Below are positions 55,249 through 64,000 of a DNA stretch of 64,000 nucleotides, one piece after another. The stretch comes from Bugula neritina (Eukaryota; Animalia; Bryozoa), in the NCBI GenBank assembly GCA_964035545.1, contig OZ037770.1:2572462-2636461 (forward strand). The letters run 5' to 3'. The notes beneath the pieces are model-generated. The model worked only from the letters and a program-made list of their open reading frames with translations, did not search any database and was not told the origin of the DNA. Numbering within the stretch: position 1 is the stretch's first letter; every line of letters begins with the position of its first letter. Both the position numbers and the translations under genes were made by a program.

Positions 55249-56488
55249 CTTGCATTTGAAAGTAGCGTAAAATTTTGCCAATAATTTTGAAATTTAGGCA
55301 TCAACTTGAAAAGCAAATAGCTAGCTTGGTAGCTATTTATTTAATCAGATTTAAAGGCTATAATTATCCAAAAATTGCCAAGCTGCCCCAATGACATCAA
55401 TTTCAAAAACTTTTAGGCTATTCGGTTGAAAACTGGAAGTTTAAACTAAGCGCTATTGTTTACATACGTAAAAGACCATATATGGTCCATTGCTCTGTGT
55501 AGGGACAAATATAGTCCATTGATCGAGTAAGGGTTAATATCAAGTAAAACATCTCAAATAAATGCTCTATTAGTACTAGAACTGTTGTAAAGATGTGATG
55601 AAGACATAGGGTAGAAAAAATATTTGAAAATTATATTACAAAGATGCCTGTCTCCAAGTATAAAATAATTCAAATTAACTTTGCATAAATACTGAACTTT
55701 GCTTTTCTTTCAATGTTTTTCTTTTAAAGAAACCTTAGCCATGACGTAAAACTATGTAAAGCATTAGCGTTTCCTTAAACAAAATGTAGCACAAGCTCCT
55801 CAAAATATGCTGGAATGTTTGTGCAACAACTGGTAACTACTGTACACAGTAAAACTTGATCACAAAGTTGAAAGGTCAACAGCTATAAAGTGCATGGTCA
55901 TGACAGACAGGACAACAAATAAATAATAAGACTTATATCATAGTTGCCATTTAAGCATTGCTCAGCAACAAAAGCCACTAAAATTTGTTCAGTAGCATAT
56001 TTCCTTCAAAGTTTTTTTATGTTGGGAGGACACAACTTTCATTTATATACAGAAGATCTTGAGGACAAATATTATATAGGCAAATGCTGCTTCACAATGA
56101 TGGTTTGTCTCAACTACTTTTCAAGACAACAAAATATTAACGTTAATTAATTTCATGTAATGCAGTGTTTTAAAATTTAGTAACTGCCATACAAATAAAT
56201 CTTAATGACTCTACAATTTTGAAAAATGTCTTCAGATAGAAGCACGTTTCAATAACGCTGCATGTTTGGTAAACTGTGAATAAGGTAAACCAGATGCATA
56301 TTACAGAAATAAACAAAATGCTTACCGGCTGTCTTAGTTTTCTCCCATATGGAGGCGTTTGAATGGTGGCCCGTTGACTGCTCAGACATGTGTGATTGAA
56401 ATGTGACCAGCTACTGAGTGTTGAAGATAATGATTGGTTGCTGAGACTAACTTGTTGTAGAAACATGCTTCACCCTCGTGATTCTTAT

Positions 56489-59400
56489 TAGTCTAGAAGT
56501 AACCTCCAATTATCTTTCACTCATTATACTTCGAGGGGTGGCCACGCAATTTTTTTAGAAATAGAAAGTTTGAAGGGTCCTAATTAATCTGTGAAAACTC
56601 TAGACTGTTCTGTGCACCCAGTCAGTCACAAAGGCGCTTCAAACTTTTAAAATTAATCAGGAGTTGTTTTCTCTTAACGTTTTTGTGAATCGGCTAAATA
56701 TTTTGGAATTATTCAAGCTAATTTATTATATATAAGCAAAATAAATTTGCTAATAATTATAGATACTTTTTTCACTTTTCTTTTATAAAAACTCTAAATT
56801 TTTCTGTTCACCCGGTTAGTCACAAAAACTCTTTTAAATGTTACAGGAGTTGTTTCCCCACAACTTTGTCCAAATCTATTAAATATTATCTTGAAATTAT
56901 TGAAGCTAGTTTATTATATATACAAGCAAAAACTTTTGCAGATAATCATAGATGTGTTTTTCACTTCTCTGAGTTTATTTCTAGTGATTTTTTTGTGAAA
57001 AAATCTGAAAAAAGTGGATTATTTGGACGAAAACAAGCAAAGGAATGGGTTTATTAGTTATAAGGCAAACATTATTATTGATCGGCTATAAAAAAGGCGA
57101 ATTATAAGTAAAGCTGTGTCTGATAATAATTTTCTTCACCATTTTTATTATATAATAACTACTTTTACAAAAAAGTAATGAGAAGCATGAGCTGGTTGAT
57201 CTGGACTCCGGAAGATAATATTTTAAATGTGTACAATTGAGCTTTGCTAATAAATTTAGGCTGAACTATATATACATAAGCAATTTGGTTTTTAAAACAA
57301 TGCTATTGGTTAAAATGCATATTTTTATACTATCTTGATATAATGACTATAGAGCCAATTTATCTCAGTTATAGTTACAGAAGAAATACCCTAAAGCTTT
57401 CCTATAATGTTTAATATATATGGTTATATTTAGACCACCCATTAGAAAAATGATCTTGGGCTGCCTCATTCAAAGATCATAGGCATGTACTTTTTTCATA
57501 TGTGCCATTTGTTACAAAAATAATAATTTCTTATCAGCAAATAAAATAAGCTGAGTTTGAGACTGGTGCATTTTTGTGTGAAACATGGAGTAAAAATATT
57601 TTAGAGAACAATATTGTTATTATAGTTGATGCATACCAAAAAAAATTGCGTTCGCTACAATTGTACCAAACATGGTGGAATTCTTAAGAAAGCACAACTC
57701 AAATGCTTACAATTAGATCATGAGGAAGCAGATACACAAACTTTGTTACATGCAAAATATCTTATGAACATCATAATCTCACGTGTAATAATCAAATCTC
57801 AATCTTTCATCCTAAGTCTCGCTATTTGCAAAACATTACCTTCTTACCAATTATTTTTTTTCACTGGTGTGGTAATCATGGTGTCATGCCAGATAGAGGC
57901 TAGACTAAATTTCCCACTTAGACGCTAGTTATTCATTTTGGTAAAATGTATTTTCATGTGCAACTTATTTTAATATTATTGAAATATATGTATATTTAAA
58001 TAAACTTGGATCAATTGCTTGTTATTTAGCACATAAATAAATTCTTTTGATTTGTATTAACTTATTAATTTTGTATATTATTTTATACATCTTGTCTGTA
58101 GTTTGAAAATATATTTTGCTAATAAGTATCCATTAAAGATAGTGTCTATTATTAATGTATTACTATATTAGTATTAGTATTAGTATTAGTATATGTATTA
58201 GCTACATATAGCTATTAGCATATTAGCAATCAATTCATCAGTTATATAGGTAATATTAATATATATGGTAACAAAATAAAAACAGCGTCTATCTGGTAGA
58301 AAACCATAATCATATTAGATTTTTGGATGTCAACATTGCAGCAAATAAATCCAAACCACAGTTGTGTGCAGCACTTGGTAGATTTCATGCTTTAACAGGT
58401 TTTTATTCGACTATAGTGCTTTTTATGGAAAAGGATAGCGCACAGCCTACTCTTTTTTGAGAAAATATCCATAATGTATGGGAAACTTTGAACACCTTGG
58501 GAAGTATTTTAAGCTGTAAGCCATTACAGCGGCTGAAGTAGAACAATTTGTCTATAAGCTTTATGGAGCAGGAAATCCATATATAGATAATGTCTGATAC
58601 ACTGTATTTCGTTCATGCACCGTCTAAAATAACTTAATAGAGTTTGCCTCCAACAAAAGATGAATTAAATTTGCATGTAAAAAGAGCAAATTATCAGGCA
58701 GCCATTTGGAGAAGAGTGACAACAGCCTATATTGATGCACTACCCCCAGAACATTATGAAAAGATTGTTGAGAATCATGGCAACATAAATATAAAGTGGA
58801 TGATTCAAGCTTCCGTACCTGAACATGTATATTGCAAAGTTTAAACTGCTCCTGTAAGACCAGCTGCAACATATCAAGATGTGGATGTCAGAAATCTCAA
58901 ATGCAGTGCATACACTGATGTTTGTCAATGTAAGGATTGTCTGAGAAGAAGCTCTATATTTGGGAAAAAGCTGATGAGACTGATGGCAGTGACAATGGTG
59001 ACGAGAATACTTTTTCATAATAAAGCACTATTTTTAGACATTTGTTATACATTTTGCTGCAACCAATTTGATTCTGATAATCTCTCATGCTTCTGTTCCT
59101 CTAAATAATTTTACAAAATCTTGTTGATTTTTGCAGACGTTTAACGGCTACCCACAGACTATAGCAAATGGTTCACTTGGGCTGAGCTCAAAAGATTTCA
59201 ATATTTATTCATTTCAACATTTATTTTGTACTATAATTTTATAAATATAGTTTTTTCACACATCAGCATGACTTTGTTTTTATTTTTGTATAAATAGCTT
59301 GGTCATACATGATTTTTCTGCATGCTTATGCCTCATGCAATATATGTCGATTCATAACAAACACATATGTTTATATAAACAACTTGGTTTTAATTTGAGA

Positions 59401-60081
59401 TAGCGTCTTGCAGTCTTTAAATTCAATATCAGCATAGAATTCTAAGTAAGAGGCAATTACTTTTGGTATTTCAGCAAATATTTTTTCTTCAAGATAGCTT
59501 GATAAAATTGGATACTATTTTGCACAATCCACATTTCTTTTTATCACCCATCTAAAATGTCGATTTGTTTTTTGCAATAACTTGAGTTTGGGTAGAGATA
59601 GAATTCTAAAATTTGTAGATTCAGAATCAGCACAAAATTCTAATCTAAAAACAACTTTTTTTGAGTGGCCATTTAGTAAAGTGTAATAAGCCAATTTTTT
59701 GAGCACTTTTTGGGAGCTTAATTACTTCTAGACTATATATGTTTATATAAACAACTTGGTTATAATTTGAGATAGCCTCTTGCAGTCTTTAAATTCAGTA
59801 TCAGCATAGAATTCTAAGTAAGAGGCAATTATTTTTGGTATTTCAACAAATATTTTTTCTTCAAGATAGCTTGATAAAATTGGATACTATTTTGCACAAT
59901 TCACAAATGCTGATTTGTTTTTTGCAATATCTTGAGTTTGGGTAAAGATAGAATTCTAGAGTTTGTAGATTCAGAATCAGCACAAAATTTTGATCTAGAA
60001 ACAACTTTTTTTGAGTGGCCACCTAGTAAAGTGTAATAAGCCAATTTTTTGAGCACTTTTTGAGAGGTTACTTCTAGACTA
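56489..60081 (+). mobile_element. Degenerate Academ DNA transposon with a duplicated right end
   Basis: Perfect 18-bp TIR TAGTCTAGAAGTAACCTC; 3-bp TSD TAT; remnants HEEADT, FHALTG, LPPT..ELNLHVKRANYQAAIW and a Cys-rich tail (57600-58950). Confidence 0.85.
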
Positions 60082-62749
60082 TATCTCTGATAGTCAATAA
60101 AACTCTTGTTTGTTTAAAGTCTCAATCACTGTGAGAAACTGTTGGTAAGAGACTTGCTATAGCTGGGTTAAAAACTGTGTCCTTCATCAAACTGATAACA
60201 CAGTGCGAGAGCCTGCATGTGACAATGTATGCTTCTAGTGTTATCTAAACTAAATCAACTTGCAATACTCGCAACACATTTGTGTATTTTAAAAAAACGC
60301 AACCATAGCTATTCTGGTCAATTACAGGACTTCATATTATTTTATTGGCCAACTGTTTCCTAGCAAGTACTGCTAATAGCAAGACAATGCTGAAATTGAC
60401 TGATCATATGATATCTCTAATCAGCATTTTAAATTATATTTGAAATTACGAATTTTTCTAAAATGTGGTTATTCAACAGCTCAGTATTGTAAGTTTGAAC
60501 TTGATGACTTGAAATTATGTGGTATAAGAATGTAAAATGTTTTATCAAAGTAGCCTACTGTTGGTGCTGGATTTGGAAAAAGTAACCTTGCAGAACAAAG
60601 TAGGCCTATTTTTGGGCAATATTGGAGTAAAAAAATGTCCCTTTCAGAATTTTCTTTCGCCGCTTTACCTAGCATCTATAAATAGGTAATAACTGAAAAT
60701 TCACAATCACTTATATAAAGAAGAGATTAAAGGCCGCTGCCCATCAATATTATGATGAAATGATAAAAGCTGGTGAAGAGGCTGTGTTATAGATAGGAAC
60801 TGTTATTGCAGTTAGCAAAAGAAGTGCAGCAAAGCATACATTAACTGTTTCAGCTAAAATTTAAACTCATGCTGTCAAAGTTTCTAAAGGAATTCAACTG
60901 ACTAGTTTTTTACCTACGCCTAAATTGTTTTTATTATTCTTTAAGCAATCGTAGCAAGAGCAGCAAAACACTGTATAATAATAAACCTACTTATATGCTG
61001 TGAGCATCAACTGTGTTGTCAGTAATAAACATGACTCGCTGTATAATCAAGCTTGTCAACTTTGAAACTTTTTGGCTTTTAGCCAATATTGTAAAGGTGG
61101 GTTATGCAACTATATAAAACTCCTACTTAAATGGTAGTCTTAAATGGACAGAGCTGAGCTGATAATAATATTACAAGAGGGTTTAATCTTAAACTGAGGG
61201 ATATCTAACAATGTGCCAGTTATTGAACACGGGACTCAATGCATGCTGTTAGGCTAGATTAATCTCTCCGAAAACTATTAAACCATATTGATGCTCTCCT
61301 ATTGAAATTTGACTCGCATAATAGCTATTTGATGCCCTTTGTAAACGTCATGAATTAGGGAAGTGGACAGCATAAAAGCAATAATTGAGAAGGCGTAATT
61401 ATTACCGTATAAGTACGTTGTCTGATCGCCAAAGTAATGACTAAATAACAATTTATACAAGGAGTTATTACTCCTATTCTGAAAACGGCCAATTAAGTTA
61501 TCACAGTACAAAAGTTTCTACGAGTGGTTTTTACAATGCAATGCAACTTGGAGAAATTTTCACCCGGCCAAACTGAATTTCTGATCGAAAATCGTGAAAG
61601 TATAAAGGCAACTTTAGAAAATGTCTGCATCAGATCTACATTCTCACATACATATTTTCAGAAATTATTAAGTTTAATTGAAGATCGCACACACCCCAAC
61701 TTGTTGTCATGTTTATTATACAAAATTGAAATTAACAAGTATAATTATATGTAACTCTATTAGAATTGTGGTAGCAATTAGTGTTTAACTACTGCACAGA
61801 CAGCATACCATCATTCATTGTAGTAATATTATAAAAAGACTATAATATTTCGGTTTGTACTATATAAATATCATACTGTGAGAGTGTTGAACACATGACA
61901 ACCAGCTACCTAACTCTCTATTATTCATTGTTTGACAAAGATCTCAGCCCTAAAAATATAGTCTTTTATATAACCTAAAGTTAGAATGCTTTTTTTGCCA
62001 ATTTTGAATTTTTGTTGCGTTTTGTTAAATTTTTTTTATTTATGAATGTGTAAAATGATTCAACAAGTTTACTGCTAAAGAGTAGTGCAGCTACAGTTTG
62101 TAACACGAAACCTGTATTCAGTGAAATACTAGATTATTGCACTCTGAAATAAACAATTCCATGCAGTCGATTGCACCATAATCTTCATAATATTTGCACA
62201 CCTGATAGATTATAAAGCTAATGGCATATGATAGTGATAAGAATAGCTGTAATGTTCAGTTATGAACAAATAAACCAAGTAGGGGAAACGTGGTAAGGCC
62301 TCTAGTCTAAGAATGGTCCAAATATCTAATCATGGGCTACACTGCTTACTCATAAAAACTTGAAACAGCTACCCTCCTCTTTTGTTATCTCAAGCTAATT
62401 CTACAGGCAACTTATGTTTTCGAACTCAAAGTAATAAGTCATCAACTTTGAAATTATTACACATGACATTATAGCCTAGATACTACGCAAATTTTGCTTG
62501 TAAACATGGAACACAACTGACAAAGGAATAAAGTTTTAAATGATCACCTGTTGATGAAATGTATTTGATTCGCTATATTGAAAATATCACAAATGATGCA
62601 ACTTACTCTGCCAATTTTTCATGTAAACATGGATCACAATTGAAGCCTTAATGAAGTTAAATCATCATTTCTTTGTGAACTATAATTTTCATCCCATTCT
62701 GCATGGTAACATCTTCACAAGAATAGCTAGTGCATTATAAATTCCATGG

Positions 62750-63410
62750 TATATATTATAGTCAAAACAGTATGTAGTACATAGTCTACACAGTGTATAG
62801 TATATAGTCAAAACAGTGTATGGTATATAGTCTACACAGTGTATAGTATATAGTCTACACAGTGTATAGTATATAGTCTACACAGTGTATAGTATGTAGT
62901 CTACACAGTGTATAGTATATAGTCTACACCGTGTATAGTATGTAGTCTACACAGTGTATAGTATGTAGTCTACACAGTGTATAGTATGTAGTCTACACAG
63001 TGTATAGTATGTATAGTCTACACAGTGTATAGTATGTAGTCTACACAGTATATAGTATATAGTCTGCACAGTGTATAGTATGTAGTCTACACAGTGTATA
63101 GTATACAGTCTACACAGTGTATAGTATATAGTCTACACAGTGTATAGTCTATAGTCTACACAGTGTATAGTATATAGTCTACACAGTGTATAGTATATAG
63201 TCTACACAGTGTATAGTATGTAGTCTACACAGTGTATAGTATATAGTCTACACAGTGTATAGTATGTAGTCTACACAGTGTATAGTATGTAGTCTACATA
63301 GTGTATAGTATATAGTCTACACAGTGTATAGTATGTAGTCTACACAGTGTATAGTATACAGTCTAAACAGTGTATAGTATGTAGTCTACACAGTGTATAG
63401 TATGTAGTCT
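62750..63410. repeat. 23-bp minisatellite (AGTCTACACAGTGTATAGTAT[A/G]T)n
   Basis: TCTACAC recurs every 23 nt. Confidence 0.95.
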
Positions 63411-63878
63411 TAATTTGACACTACAGGTTTGATACAAAAACTTGCTTTTGCTTGAATGTGAAATTTCAAACTGAAATGGCCTCCAGATACCATTATCTGG
63501 ATGTCATTTATTTTATTTGCAGTTTTTATAAAAGAAATGGTGAATTTTATTTTTATGATTTAATATCAATATTCTGGAGAATAGTTATTTGAAAACTTTA
63601 CTTACTTAAGTCCTATTTAATTATAGCTGATTTATATTTTGATAAATAGTTTGTTTTGTCGTCTCTGCTATGGCAAAAGTAAGACTGATGAATGAAATAT
63701 ATAATAAATACATCATCATGTTTTCTATTTTGGGTTTACTATCTGTATTCATTAACCAACTCTCACCAGCTAAGATGTAGGTGACTCTAGTACTATATGT
63801 GCTATACATGTTGTAGACAGAATATATCATACTCCACTTCTCTTGTCACCTTTATATTGCAGTGTACAAGGTAACCTG

Positions 63879-64000
<122 letters not shown>

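Noticed and set aside
63621-63830. 69-aa ORF with a hydrophobic stretch
   Set aside because: No homology cue or convincing exon structure; cannot be judged at the window edge

Overview
AT-rich, intron-containing animal (invertebrate-like) genomic DNA. The left end holds the first six coding exons of a cytosolic tyrosyl-tRNA synthetase (YARS1, minus strand), which runs off the window. The main result is one ~40 kb minus-strand gene (CDS ~49879 to 10111) that the ORF track breaks into unrelated fragments. Assembling it by hand from GT-AG splice sites gives a phase-consistent ~1,280-1,300 aa protein: short N-terminus, array of tandemly duplicated 138-nt LRR exons, ROC GTPase, COR, acidic Asp-rich linker, and a complete caspase (R-DGS, THG, QACSG, STR, KKLYLFPG). 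This is a ROCO-caspase fusion that looks like a single-chain sensor/switch/protease receptor. Its LRR exons vary mainly at solvent-exposed positions, and one is a frameshifted pseudo-exon that must be skipped. The introns and upstream region are filled with TEs: three Gypsy LTR elements (two of them, plus a TRIM-like derivative, with a tRNA-Leu PBS; two with a non-env zinc-finger accessory ORF), a Penelope-like element with a minimal hammerhead ribozyme, two Academ elements, and hAT-, CMC/EnSpm- and Tc1/pogo-like non-autonomous elements. There are also many mini- and microsatellites. All gene models were read by eye and have no transcript evidence.
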